Part shown: in pieces, positions 8,703 through 18,634 of the stretch
Layout: the number at the start of each line of letters is the position of its first letter
How positions within the stretch are numbered: the stretch's first letter is position 1
Origin: a virus
Taxonomy: Duplodnaviria > Caudoviricetes
IMG/VR virus record: IMGVR_UViG_3300014818_000012
Span: 1-56,728 of that record
DNA: 56,728 bases
Reading direction: 5' to 3' (one strand)
The notes under the pieces: model-generated
Told to the model about the DNA's origin: nothing
The model's input: the letters and a program-made list of their open reading frames with translations, nothing else
The model's database searches: none
Position numbers and translations under genes: made by a program

Positions 8703-10317
8703 CATCACTACTACTATTGGGGTTGATGTAGAGGGTATTGAAATTGATACCAATACCACTGATGACCTTATCACTACCAACCAGCACTACGCAGAGGTAG
8801 AGGCCCTTACGTCTATTATTTCGGGTAGTAAGCAGGAGTACTCTGTAGTAGGCGACGCGTTATATGCGTCCGTTAGTATGTCTGAGGCGCCTGAGTGGCT
8901 TACTTCTATAATTGATGGTGTTGTAGGTACCGCTGTATCTAATGGTATGGGGGACTATGCCACCTTAGTACAAGAAGTACGTAATGCTATTGACTCCATA
9001 GACGTTGCTAGAAATACTTATGTAGAACAGATAAATATAAACGCCTTAGTCGATGGTATAGTGACTACTAGACTAGAAACTCTTAATGCTACCCTAGGTG
9101 ATACTTATGCTACCAGAGTTGCCTTAACAGCAGCTATGGCTACATCTGAGCTAGCTTCCACCACTCACGCTACCGATATAGTTGCTACCCTTAATGCAGA
9201 TGTAAACTCTCGTATCACCAACGTGGAGACTGCGTATGCTGCAGCTGACCAATCATTAGCTACTAGTGTCACCGCACTAAATAACGTACTGGTGGATCAG
9301 GCAGGAGATATATCAGGTAGCGCTGGTGCTATTAGTAGTTTACAGACTTACGTTGGCTTAAGCCCAACGTCCACCCCTGACGGTACCGGGGCATTATCCA
9401 ATATTACGTCCCTTAGTACGTCACTTCTAGCACTGGACAACGCTGTACACGCCCCTGATGGGTCTGTAGCACTAGGCCTTAGTGCCCTTGAGGTAGCAAA
9501 TAAGGCGTACACAGACGACAGCGTTGTAGGCGTAGAAAACAAGTTTGCTTACGATAGTACTATCACATTAGGAGGAAAAACATACCAGGCAGGATTTGGT
9601 CTTGATTCACTAGGCACATCAAACATAGGAACCCCTGAGGATCCTGTATTTGACAGTACTTTTAGAGTGAATGCAGAAAGGTTTGCGCTGACAAGTCCAT
9701 CACATCCAGGAGTATCTGCAGTATTTAATGTTACCGCTACTGGTTTACTTCTTTCATTAGATCAGACAGAGGCTACCAGAAATGAGGCTAAGGGATCGCA
9801 TCCTACAACCGCCATACCTGCCTATGTTAAAGGAGACATGGTAACAAGTGGTGGCTCTAGCTATGTAGCGTTAAAAGATGTCCCAGCAAGCACGGCAATT
9901 ACTGATACCTCTTACTGGCAGCTACTTGCATCTAGGGGTTCTGAATCGATCACTGTTAATATACACTCTACAGAGGGTACTGTGTTCCGTAACGACACAG
10001 GTACTACAGTATTAAAAGCTAATGTAGACATAGGTGGCACCCTTCAAGATGACACCAAACATGGGCAGTACAGCTACAACTGGACAATAGGAGAAGACAC
10101 CTTATGTGTAGATGGCTATGGCAACGTAGCCTCCGACGGGTTAGGTAATATTTACACCGACATAGAAGGAGCTACGTGTCAGAGCAGGGGCCCTTACCAC
10201 AGGGCTGACTCTTCTAACTCAACTGCTTCTATTAATTTTAGACAAATAACTTTAAGTGCAGATGATATCGGACTGGTAGAAACCATAAGACTATCTGTAT
10301 CCAACATACCAGAATAA
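8692..10317 (+). CDS. Tail fibre/tail-tip protein
   Basis: Coiled-coil N-terminal half, FRVNAERFAL motif, CBM5/12-like YVKGDMVTSGGSSYVAL, C-terminal Ig-like segment. Confidence 0.7.
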   Translation: MSTNITTTIGVDVEGIEIDTNTTDDLITTNQHYAEVEALTSIISGSKQEYSVVGDALYASVSMSEAPEWLTSIIDGVVGTAVSNGMGDYATLVQEVRNAIDSIDVARNTYVEQININALVDGIVTTRLETLNATLGDTYATRVALTAAMATSELASTTHATDIVATLNADVNSRITNVETAYAAADQSLATSVTALNNVLVDQAGDISGSAGAISSLQTYVGLSPTSTPDGTGALSNITSLSTSLLALDNAVHAPDGSVALGLSALEVANKAYTDDSVVGVENKFAYDSTITLGGKTYQAGFGLDSLGTSNIGTPEDPVFDSTFRVNAERFALTSPSHPGVSAVFNVTATGLLLSLDQTEATRNEAKGSHPTTAIPAYVKGDMVTSGGSSYVALKDVPASTAITDTSYWQLLASRGSESITVNIHSTEGTVFRNDTGTTVLKANVDIGGTLQDDTKHGQYSYNWTIGEDTLCVDGYGNVASDGLGNIYTDIEGATCQSRGPYHRADSSNSTASINFRQITLSADDIGLVETIRLSVSNIPE

Positions 10318-10328
10318 GGAACTAGAGC

Positions 10329-11471
10329 ATGGCACGTATAGCAGCAGGCGCAATAACACTAGCGGATATTGCAGACGGGGGTAGCCCAATAGCGGCTTTC
10401 TTAACTAACGAAAACCACACATTTGCCGCAGGAACTGATGGGACTATAGCTTCCGCAGAGCTTGCGGTATTCACAACATTAGTAACTATATTCCTTGGAA
10501 CTACAGCGGGAGTATTTAAGAGTACCGCAGTGACTACAGCAGGTACTGATGCTAACAAGTTCTCTATTGGTACAATAGCATCAAGTGCAGCTACCTGGGC
10601 TACGACTGTTAGTCCCACTACAGGTGCAATAACGTTGACTGCAGCACCTACAGGTACTAGCAACATGGGTACTACGTTAACCGTACCCATTACTGTTAAT
10701 GACACCTCAAGCTCATTAAAGAGCATCACCCTAGTTATAAGTTTAAGTAAGCAGGTAGCAGGTGCAGGTGGCCAGATCGTACAAATGACTGCTAACAAGC
10801 AGCATTTCCAATACGATGAGTTCTCTGTACTGAGCCCTTCAACTCAGGGTGACATAACATTGATAATGGATACTCAGGGTGCCACAGGTGCCCTCACAGC
10901 CCAAAAGAGTATCGATGGCGGCGCTTACACCACCTTGGCTGTTGGTTCGGATGCAGGGCAGGCTAGTAGTATAGACATAGATGGAATTGGTGATAACGAT
11001 ACTATCGTTATCACCCCAGCCAACTTTGGAACAGCCAATACGATGACTGTACGGGTAAGTGGAACCAACGACGGCTCTGACTCAGTATCTCTTGTTAGAA
11101 TCCGTGATGGTGTACGTGGTGCAAGCTCGTTGTTTGTAGCTATCAATTCATCTGACGGTACCTTGTTCAAGAACAACTCTGGTTCAGCTAAGACAATCAC
11201 CTGCGATGTATGGGATCAGGTAGATGGATCCTCTGTTACCCACGTAGGCACTTCACCAGGCCAGCGTTCAGTTCACTTTAATTGGCAACGTGTGGATGCA
11301 GGTGGTACCTCCGCTGATGTGTTTGTTGCAACTGCATCCAATCGACAAGTTTCTGCAACGGGCGTATCCGCAGATGGTTATGGGGCTTCCACGTTGGTTA
11401 TTGGACCAGAAGATATTGCTGATAATAGTTCAACCCAGTTCTCGTGCGAAGTCACCGTAACGGAAAATTAA
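10329..11471 (+). CDS. Tail fibre protein with Ig-like repeats
   Basis: T/G/A/S-rich beta protein; LTNENHT and GTLFKN motifs. Confidence 0.7.
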   Translation: MARIAAGAITLADIADGGSPIAAFLTNENHTFAAGTDGTIASAELAVFTTLVTIFLGTTAGVFKSTAVTTAGTDANKFSIGTIASSAATWATTVSPTTGAITLTAAPTGTSNMGTTLTVPITVNDTSSSLKSITLVISLSKQVAGAGGQIVQMTANKQHFQYDEFSVLSPSTQGDITLIMDTQGATGALTAQKSIDGGAYTTLAVGSDAGQASSIDIDGIGDNDTIVITPANFGTANTMTVRVSGTNDGSDSVSLVRIRDGVRGASSLFVAINSSDGTLFKNNSGSAKTITCDVWDQVDGSSVTHVGTSPGQRSVHFNWQRVDAGGTSADVFVATASNRQVSATGVSADGYGASTLVIGPEDIADNSSTQFSCEVTVTEN

Positions 11472-11499
11472 GAGAACACATAAACAAGGGTAGTAAATT

Positions 11500-13335
11500 A
11501 TGAGTAGAGTAGCTAGTAGCGCTTTGACACTATATGATGTAAAAGATGGAGATAACGCGGATGTCTATAAGTTTGTCTACAAGGATTTCCTAACAAAACC
11601 AGACAAACCTACAGATAATGCAGCTACTGGCTGGATGGACAGCATACCGACAAATATTAATAATACTCTTTGGCATTCTCAGGGCAAACAGACAGAAGGG
11701 TCTGGTAACTACGTGTGGCAAGAGCCCGTACAGATTGCCGCTAAAGACGGTAAGGGTATAGTTGGTATTACAGAGGCGTACCAACTCGGAACTAGTGCTA
11801 CTGTCGCACCTACAGGTTCATGGGCATCTACGTTTGCTGGAGCAGGCGCAGTATCGGTTGCTAGCCCTTATATGTGGAATAGAACCACAACTAGTTACAC
11901 TGAAGGCACAAATACTACAGTTACCACTATGATTGCTGCTAAAGGTGAGACTGGTGGTGTTAGTACTACTCCTGGACCTAGGGGCTCTGCTAATCTTGCT
12001 TGGAGTACTGACGTGTTAGGGAATTTCTCTCCGTCCGAGATGGTTAGTGGGCACCAGGGTGCCTTAAACGACATGTGGGACTACGCCTCAAACTATAGCG
12101 CAAGTTTAGCATCTAATATAGATGGGGATACTCTAGTAGTGTCTAATACCACTGGTGGTGTTGATGGGGAGTGGACTCATATATTTACTTGGGAGGGTAC
12201 TGCGTGGTCTGCACTAATAGCTCAGAGGTTTTCAGGCTCTATAATTGTAGATGATACAATATCTGCAGGGCACCTACAGGCAGGTTCGGTAAACGCTAGT
12301 AAACTAGATATTTCAGCTGTGAGTGGTTCTACAGGAGTGAGTACAACAATTGACCCCCTTGGGGAGTCTCCGCTTAGGTTATCGGCTAACGGTAGTCCTA
12401 TATTTGAAGTACAATACGATGCTTACGCAGTAGGCGGCCCTAAGACTGTTGTGTATATAGATGGTAAATTGTCTGCTAACACGGTAAATATAGCTGCTAT
12501 ACAAGAAGAAGCCCGTAAGCAGATAAACCCCTATTACCTAGGGACAGTTAATGGTAATGAGGTGGAGAACACTAATGTTGGTAGCAGCACTTCAACTATT
12601 TCAACAATACTTTCTAGTGTGACTACTCTAGGGGGTGGCTGTAATTTATCTTGGAGGCTGGAAGGTAGTTCTACAACGACACCCACTACCACTGGTTTCA
12701 TAACTGCACCAGTATGGAAGGTTTATATATACAGGAACAGTCTGACAGGACCTTCCGTCACCATCAGAACTTACACAGGTACCACCACAATTACCCACAC
12801 CACTCAGGTTTGGAACGAGGGAGAGTGCTCCTATGATGCTACGTACTACATACGTTCAGACCTCCTTATAGATGACTCTTTTTACGACGCCAATGCCCCG
12901 GCGACAGAAATATATGCAATAAAAGCCGTCCGGCAGACAGGTACTGTCTCATTAGCCTTAGAAAGTTTTAAAGCGCATTCTCCTGCATTTGCACCTATAG
13001 AATCTGAGCTTGTGTACACTACTTTGTATGAGCATGCTACAGGTTATGGAAATGGTAACATAACTCTATCGGAGCCGTTTACAAACTTTGACTACTTAGT
13101 AGTAGTAGGTGCAGACGATAACAACTCATTTACAGAAGTATATACACAACCTACCGCAATTATTGAGTATAGTATATCTCACTCTACAACAGGGGCTTTT
13201 ACCATATGGAGTGGAGGGAGCAGCAGATACTGGATAGTAACTACAAATACATCACGAGATGTGCTTGTTGACTACTCTGAAAACAGTCGTATACATAAGA
13301 TTTTAGGTGCTAACCTAGAGTCAAAACCTATATAG
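11500..13335 (+). CDS. Tail fibre/receptor-binding protein
   Basis: DGKGI...YMWNRTTTSYT repeat unit; C-terminal GNITLSEPFTNFDYL domain. Confidence 0.75.
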   Translation: MSRVASSALTLYDVKDGDNADVYKFVYKDFLTKPDKPTDNAATGWMDSIPTNINNTLWHSQGKQTEGSGNYVWQEPVQIAAKDGKGIVGITEAYQLGTSATVAPTGSWASTFAGAGAVSVASPYMWNRTTTSYTEGTNTTVTTMIAAKGETGGVSTTPGPRGSANLAWSTDVLGNFSPSEMVSGHQGALNDMWDYASNYSASLASNIDGDTLVVSNTTGGVDGEWTHIFTWEGTAWSALIAQRFSGSIIVDDTISAGHLQAGSVNASKLDISAVSGSTGVSTTIDPLGESPLRLSANGSPIFEVQYDAYAVGGPKTVVYIDGKLSANTVNIAAIQEEARKQINPYYLGTVNGNEVENTNVGSSTSTISTILSSVTTLGGGCNLSWRLEGSSTTTPTTTGFITAPVWKVYIYRNSLTGPSVTIRTYTGTTTITHTTQVWNEGECSYDATYYIRSDLLIDDSFYDANAPATEIYAIKAVRQTGTVSLALESFKAHSPAFAPIESELVYTTLYEHATGYGNGNITLSEPFTNFDYLVVVGADDNNSFTEVYTQPTAIIEYSISHSTTGAFTIWSGGSSRYWIVTTNTSRDVLVDYSENSRIHKILGANLESKPI

Positions 13336-13344
13336 GGAGTAAAA

Positions 13345-13686
13345 ATGAGGTACAGTACAGAAGAGGCTAAGCCTACAAAAATATACATAAATAAGCTTAA
13401 ACTAGATGACGTGGTCATATACCCTGCTCCGGAAGACCTAGAGAACTGGATTGAAGCGCCTTATGATAAGGACTTTATCTACCTAGGTAAGATTTATGAT
13501 GTACTTTCTGGTACGTTTGTAGAAAATACTGCTAGACGTAGGGAATCTCAGCTGTCCCTACGTAAAGAAGCGTATGGCGTGGAGTCAGATCCACTATTTC
13601 TAGAATGGCAATATGACTTATCAGTTGAAGCAGAAGAAGCTTGGCGCACTAAAGTAAATGACATTAAATTAAGGTACCCCCTATGA
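13345..13686 (+). CDS. Tail-fibre-associated/assembly protein
   Basis: RKEAY..ESDPLFLEWQYD...W..KV..IK.RYP pattern directly after a fibre gene. Confidence 0.65.
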   Translation: MRYSTEEAKPTKIYINKLKLDDVVIYPAPEDLENWIEAPYDKDFIYLGKIYDVLSGTFVENTARRRESQLSLRKEAYGVESDPLFLEWQYDLSVEAEEAWRTKVNDIKLRYPL

Positions 13687-14774
13687 CAAAGTACATAGCA
13701 ACCAGCAGAGGCGAATACCTAGGCGCCAAGGAAGACACCTACGAACTACAGGTAGGTGAAGTAGACACTGAAATTCCTCCGCATAGTGACGAACATATTA
13801 TGAAGTGGTCTGAGGATGATTGGATATACTTGTATGGTGTAGATGATAATGATACCTACATGGGCTTAATCCCTGTGGGTAACGCTAGTAGTGCAAAACT
13901 TCTTGTAGATGTTAAACCAATATATGAAGACCTGACAGAGCTCTATGGCCACAGATGGCTTGTTAACGAGCAGAGGTGGGGCCTTAAACCAGACTACGTG
14001 ACTACCCGAATGGTACAGGAGCGTAAAGAGTTCTACAAAAATAGTACTGCTGCCCTACGTCTGTGTCAGGGACACTTAGGAAATATCAGAATTAACAAAA
14101 CTTTACAGAAAAGATGCTACTCTGTATTTTCTTCTGCTGAAGTTGTAGCTAGCACTTTCGCAGATATACGTAGAGTATTTCCTGAGTTCGTTAAAAGTAA
14201 CAGTATTACAGACTTTAGCTACATAGCTGTTGGTGGAACCACACCACACCTAGTTTCACTAAGTGCTATAAGACAATCAGGTAAAGGGTATTCTTCATCC
14301 GCGTTAGGGCAGACCTACTTCTTTAACTTGGACAGCGCGACTTACTATAAAGAAACTAGGTGTGTGCTCCAGGACGCAGGTTTACGTATAGCAAATTTAG
14401 CTGACGTAGTACAGCAGGATATATGTGGGGTGTTAACAAGCGATACAGCAACAACAGATAACTATGGTAACCCTATAGGCACCGTAGTTGAGATAGTAAT
14501 CACTCCTAACACAATTGACGAGGTAGTTGCCCTTAACGCTTGGGTAACGGCTACTGGCATACCTTGTGAGATGTTCAACACAGTACGAAAGGAAGTATGT
14601 ATAGCTACGCTACATAAAGAGTCAAAAGAGGTGCTACAGGTAAGGCATTTAAGTTTTGACAGGACTTTTATACGTCATGACCCTACATACTCAGGGGAAA
14701 CACTAAGAGCCAGGTCTATAGTTAGTTCAGACCCAAATCTTAACTCTGATAATGCTCGGTGGAAAGGGGTGTAG
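13683..14774 (+). CDS. Hypothetical protein (363 aa)
   Basis: Long ORF with ATGA overlap; no family recognised. Confidence 0.65.
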   Translation: MTKYIATSRGEYLGAKEDTYELQVGEVDTEIPPHSDEHIMKWSEDDWIYLYGVDDNDTYMGLIPVGNASSAKLLVDVKPIYEDLTELYGHRWLVNEQRWGLKPDYVTTRMVQERKEFYKNSTAALRLCQGHLGNIRINKTLQKRCYSVFSSAEVVASTFADIRRVFPEFVKSNSITDFSYIAVGGTTPHLVSLSAIRQSGKGYSSSALGQTYFFNLDSATYYKETRCVLQDAGLRIANLADVVQQDICGVLTSDTATTDNYGNPIGTVVEIVITPNTIDEVVALNAWVTATGIPCEMFNTVRKEVCIATLHKESKEVLQVRHLSFDRTFIRHDPTYSGETLRARSIVSSDPNLNSDNARWKGV

Positions 14775-14928
14775 CCCGTACTTAGCTTTGCTTGGTGGTG
14801 ATTTCCTAGGGTACTCTTGCTATCTCCAAGGTAGGTTATGAGGGTGCCCTGAGTTACTACGACTATTTACTTACTCTTAGTATCCTAGTACACTAGGGTA
14901 CTTACAGCATACTACTTAAGGAACAATA

Positions 14929-15387
14929 ATGGCGGATATTACCGTAGAGGGTATAACTAATACAGGAGGTACTGGGGTTTTTGATAAGTTAATGGAAAGC
15001 ATTAATGGTCAAATTGAAACTCAATACCTTAATAATAGAATAACTGGTGCAGACTATGCAACAGTGTACCTAGGGAGCCTTCAAACAGCACTATCCCAAA
15101 GTATCCAATTTGCTATGCAGGAAGTTCTGACAGAATCTCAAGTAGATAGTATTATTGCAGACACTGCTTTAAAAGATAAACAGCTTGAGATTGCTGGTAT
15201 AGAGGAGTTAGCTAAGCAGTTTGAAGTAGACAATTTACTCCCAGCACAGCTCAAGGCGGCATACGCAGATAGAGTACTAAAAGATAAACAAGCAGCTAAA
15301 TTAGGGCTAGACAACGTCATGAAAACAACTGAAATTGCGAAGCAGAGTAACCCTAATTTTGTTTACACCCCAAATTACGAAGAGTGA
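14929..15387 (+). CDS. Virion structural protein (N4 gp54-like, short)
   Basis: GTGVFDKLM...RITGADYATVYLG motif. Confidence 0.75.
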   Translation: MADITVEGITNTGGTGVFDKLMESINGQIETQYLNNRITGADYATVYLGSLQTALSQSIQFAMQEVLTESQVDSIIADTALKDKQLEIAGIEELAKQFEVDNLLPAQLKAAYADRVLKDKQAAKLGLDNVMKTTEIAKQSNPNFVYTPNYEE

Positions 15388-15396
15388 GAGTAACCA

Positions 15397-16275
15397 ATGG
15401 CAACTATAACCATTACTGATACGCTAGATGTAGCAGAAAAATATGAATTACTAGTTAAGCAATCCTTAGCTGGTAACTCCGCATATATCCGTGCTAAAGA
15501 AACAATACAAGAGCTAGTGGATAGCGGCTCTATTGACGAGACCCAGAAGTCTGAAGTCCTTAGTAGCATACTTGGTGGTATGATTAATAACATAACTAGC
15601 TCTAGTATGAGTACTGCTATGGCGTGGGCTAATTCGGAAAAAGACGTAGCTCTCAAGAAGTTAGAGTTGGCTAAACAGCTAGACATACTAGATCAAGAGC
15701 TAGCACTTAAGACAGCGCAAGTAGCTCAAGTAACTAGTGCAACTCGGTTGAGTAAAGTAGAGTCTAAACGTGTCTACGGAACAGCTGTGTTTGATACCAA
15801 CAACAACATATCTTCCATAGATGCCACTGGTAAGGTAGCTACAGACATCCTACTTGCAGAAGCACAAACAGTTAAGGTAGGCTCAGAAAATACCCTAGTT
15901 ATACAAAAAGTTAAAGAGTCTCATGCGGCTGTCCACAAGATAGTAGCTGACACTTATGTTAACTACGGTAACTACACATATAGTGGTTTGAGTGAGTCAG
16001 GGATATCTACGGTGTCTCCTGGACATGGTGCTTATAAAACCCTTAGTACTACACAGCAGGATATTGCAATTGAGCAAGCTAAAGGCTACACGTATAACGC
16101 ATGGGCAAATGCACTAACAGGGTCTGCTTCCATGCTTGGCACTGCTATTGCCGCAGACCTAGCTTCGTTTGAGCCAGGGGAGACTGGTGATATACTGTTA
16201 AATACTGTACTTGACACCGCCAGAAACCTTAAAGAGGCAAGTACTAGCGTAGACGACGCTACACCGACTTACTAG
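15397..16275 (+). CDS. Virion structural protein, possible gp54-like paralogue
   Basis: Helical 292-aa protein with a similar overall layout and a C-terminal EQAKGY segment. Confidence 0.6.
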   Translation: MATITITDTLDVAEKYELLVKQSLAGNSAYIRAKETIQELVDSGSIDETQKSEVLSSILGGMINNITSSSMSTAMAWANSEKDVALKKLELAKQLDILDQELALKTAQVAQVTSATRLSKVESKRVYGTAVFDTNNNISSIDATGKVATDILLAEAQTVKVGSENTLVIQKVKESHAAVHKIVADTYVNYGNYTYSGLSESGISTVSPGHGAYKTLSTTQQDIAIEQAKGYTYNAWANALTGSASMLGTAIAADLASFEPGETGDILLNTVLDTARNLKEASTSVDDATPTY

Positions 16276-16277
16276 CT

Positions 16278-18209
16278 ATGAAAAGACCTCAACCCGACAT
16301 AAGTGACGTACTCAGGAACGAATTTCTCGGTAACACTGCTAGTGTTAGAAAGTTAAAACGTCACTGGGGAACAACCACTATAGGTGGGGTAGAGGTTTTT
16401 ACCCCTAGACAGTACTATCATACAGCCTCAAAAAGATCTGATAACTTCGAGGAGCTTTTCAAGTTTCTCGGGGCTTATGATGATGTTACTGGGCAGGACT
16501 ACGCGGGAGTTAGGGACGCTTGGTTGTACCTTAACAAAAATAAAGGTACCGACTTAGGTATAGATTTTAACACCTTTGTATCCGATAACTTGAATAAGAT
16601 GTGGTGGGACGACACGGATGGTGTAAGACCAGAAGGGCTTACCCTCACTACTAGTGTAGTAATAGACATTACTAATAACAACTCAGTAGAGCGTGCTAGG
16701 ATAGATGAAATAATAAATCCTGAAATGCTTAAGGAAGTGGCTATCCAGTCTGTTATTGATAACTACGAGGAGTTGTGGGACTTATGTTCTATCACTCATG
16801 AAGGTGTGGGAGTCATTAACAAAGGCAGTATTACGGATAGTGTTAACCAGGTTGAGGTGCCAGATGAAGATGATTTAACTCCAGATGACCCTTGGTTAGC
16901 CACAGCCGCAAGGTATGCTTTACGGGATCATGGTATTTTCTGTACTGTTAAGGACCTAGCTATTGGAACTATCTCACGTGGTACCGGCGGTATCGCATCT
17001 AGGCTAATGTACCAAACTACTTATGTACTTGATATTGAAATTCCGTATAACCCGTTTAACGCAGGTGAAGTGGTTGTTCAAAGTATTGCAAGTGACTTAA
17101 GCTATGACTACGCTAGATCTAAGGGTAGCAATGGGTATACTACTAAGCAGGCACTACAGTCTATGGACTCTACGGACTTAGAGGACGACGCAGACTTAGT
17201 TACTCGCTCTTATATACTGTGGGAGGACGTATCGACTGAAGCGGATGGCTTATATAGTAGCTTGTGGTTTTTATACCAACCAACTGAGTACCACAGACCT
17301 ACATACTACTTACGTGCAGCCCCTTTTAACGACCCACGGGCTTTTGGTTTAACCTATAAACAGCTAAATCAATATACCCTACAGCTACTTGACAGTGGTT
17401 ATAGGAAGAAAAAAGTCCCATGGTGGAAAAAAGCTATAGCTGTAGTTCTAGTAGTAATAGCTATTATAGTGTTCATAGTACCAGGACTACAGGGGGCAGG
17501 GTACACCTTACTCTCACTAGCCAAAGCCATACTCCTAATATCACTAACCCTTACACTAGCCATGGCAGCTCTTGCCGTTATGGGTATGAGTGAGTGGGCA
17601 AGTGCGTTTGGTATGATTAGCAAGTGGATTGAACCACTTACCCTAGTAGCTACTATTTTCCTAATATACACTGGAGTTTCCAACGCTATTGAAGCTGCTA
17701 AAAAAGCTGCTGAGGAGGCTGCTAAAGCATCTGGTAAAGAGTTAGTTACTCAAAGTACCTTGGACTTAGTTGTTGATATGGTTGAGGATAAGCTAGATTC
17801 TCTCGTTGAAGATTTTGTGGAGGGTATAGTCAAGGGTGCTAGTGACATGGCAGCAGGAGATGTACTTTCTAATGCAGCACTTTCTTTCAGTAACAACCTA
17901 GCTAAGATCGTTAACTTTGCCCTTAACTTACGACTGGAATCTCTACATGATAAGAATAAAGACCTAAAAGCAGCCTACGATGAGATGCAGGAAGAAATGG
18001 CACGAGAAACCGACAGTCTACAAGGGTTTATGCGTATTTATGCTAAACCTGCTACGGCTGACTGGTCTATTTTTTCTTCTCAGTTTGATCTACCGTATGA
18101 GCGTGGCGGAGGTATATTAGCCATGGGTAACATACAACGTACCACTAAACAAGCCACACGTAAAGCTAGTTATGATGATCCTGCGTTTGATAGCATCCTC
18201 ATAATATAG
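16278..18209 (+). CDS. Virion/ejection protein with membrane segments (N4 gp53 position)
   Basis: KKKVPWWKK followed by several hydrophobic helices and a C-terminal coiled coil. Confidence 0.75.
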   Translation: MKRPQPDISDVLRNEFLGNTASVRKLKRHWGTTTIGGVEVFTPRQYYHTASKRSDNFEELFKFLGAYDDVTGQDYAGVRDAWLYLNKNKGTDLGIDFNTFVSDNLNKMWWDDTDGVRPEGLTLTTSVVIDITNNNSVERARIDEIINPEMLKEVAIQSVIDNYEELWDLCSITHEGVGVINKGSITDSVNQVEVPDEDDLTPDDPWLATAARYALRDHGIFCTVKDLAIGTISRGTGGIASRLMYQTTYVLDIEIPYNPFNAGEVVVQSIASDLSYDYARSKGSNGYTTKQALQSMDSTDLEDDADLVTRSYILWEDVSTEADGLYSSLWFLYQPTEYHRPTYYLRAAPFNDPRAFGLTYKQLNQYTLQLLDSGYRKKKVPWWKKAIAVVLVVIAIIVFIVPGLQGAGYTLLSLAKAILLISLTLTLAMAALAVMGMSEWASAFGMISKWIEPLTLVATIFLIYTGVSNAIEAAKKAAEEAAKASGKELVTQSTLDLVVDMVEDKLDSLVEDFVEGIVKGASDMAAGDVLSNAALSFSNNLAKIVNFALNLRLESLHDKNKDLKAAYDEMQEEMARETDSLQGFMRIYAKPATADWSIFSSQFDLPYERGGGILAMGNIQRTTKQATRKASYDDPAFDSILII

Positions 18210-18215
18210 TATAAT
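18187..18215 (+). promoter_or_regulatory. Sigma70-like promoter
   Basis: TTGATA-17 nt-TATAAT. Confidence 0.7.
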
Positions 18216-18257
18216 AGCATATATATATAAACACAATAAATAAAGGAAAAAGTTATT

Positions 18258-18614
18258 ATGAACTGGTTAGACTATAGCAAGAAAAGTAGTTCTGGGGGTA
18301 ATGAGGTTGGTACCAACATTGACGAGTTTGTTAATGGATTTACTACATTTGACTCTTTTAAGGCTCCTGAGGTTATAACGGGAGACTCTGAGGGTTTTGG
18401 CCTTGGTAATCTTTTTAGTGATAAGCACACGATGGGTAATATCACCGGACTTGCAGGTACCCTAGCGCAGCTAGCGTCTCTTCCTCTGATGAAGAAACAG
18501 GCTGAACTAAACAATGAGATTACACAATACAACTTCGATACGACTAAAGAAGAGAACGCAAAGCACGCTAAAAAAGCTGCTAACTTCGCTAGTGCAGGTA
18601 CTAGATATACATAA
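18258..18614 (+). CDS. Small ejection-type virion protein (N4 gp52 position)
   Basis: Gly-rich amphipathic segment followed by a coiled coil; synteny with N4. Confidence 0.65.
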   Translation: MNWLDYSKKSSSGGNEVGTNIDEFVNGFTTFDSFKAPEVITGDSEGFGLGNLFSDKHTMGNITGLAGTLAQLASLPLMKKQAELNNEITQYNFDTTKEENAKHAKKAANFASAGTRYT

Positions 18615-18634
18615 CAAGGTAAAAGGACTAAACA

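Noticed and set aside
8692-14774. Diversity-generating retroelement or invertible tail-fibre cassette
   Set aside because: No reverse transcriptase, recombinase, template/variable repeat pair or flanking inverted repeats seen
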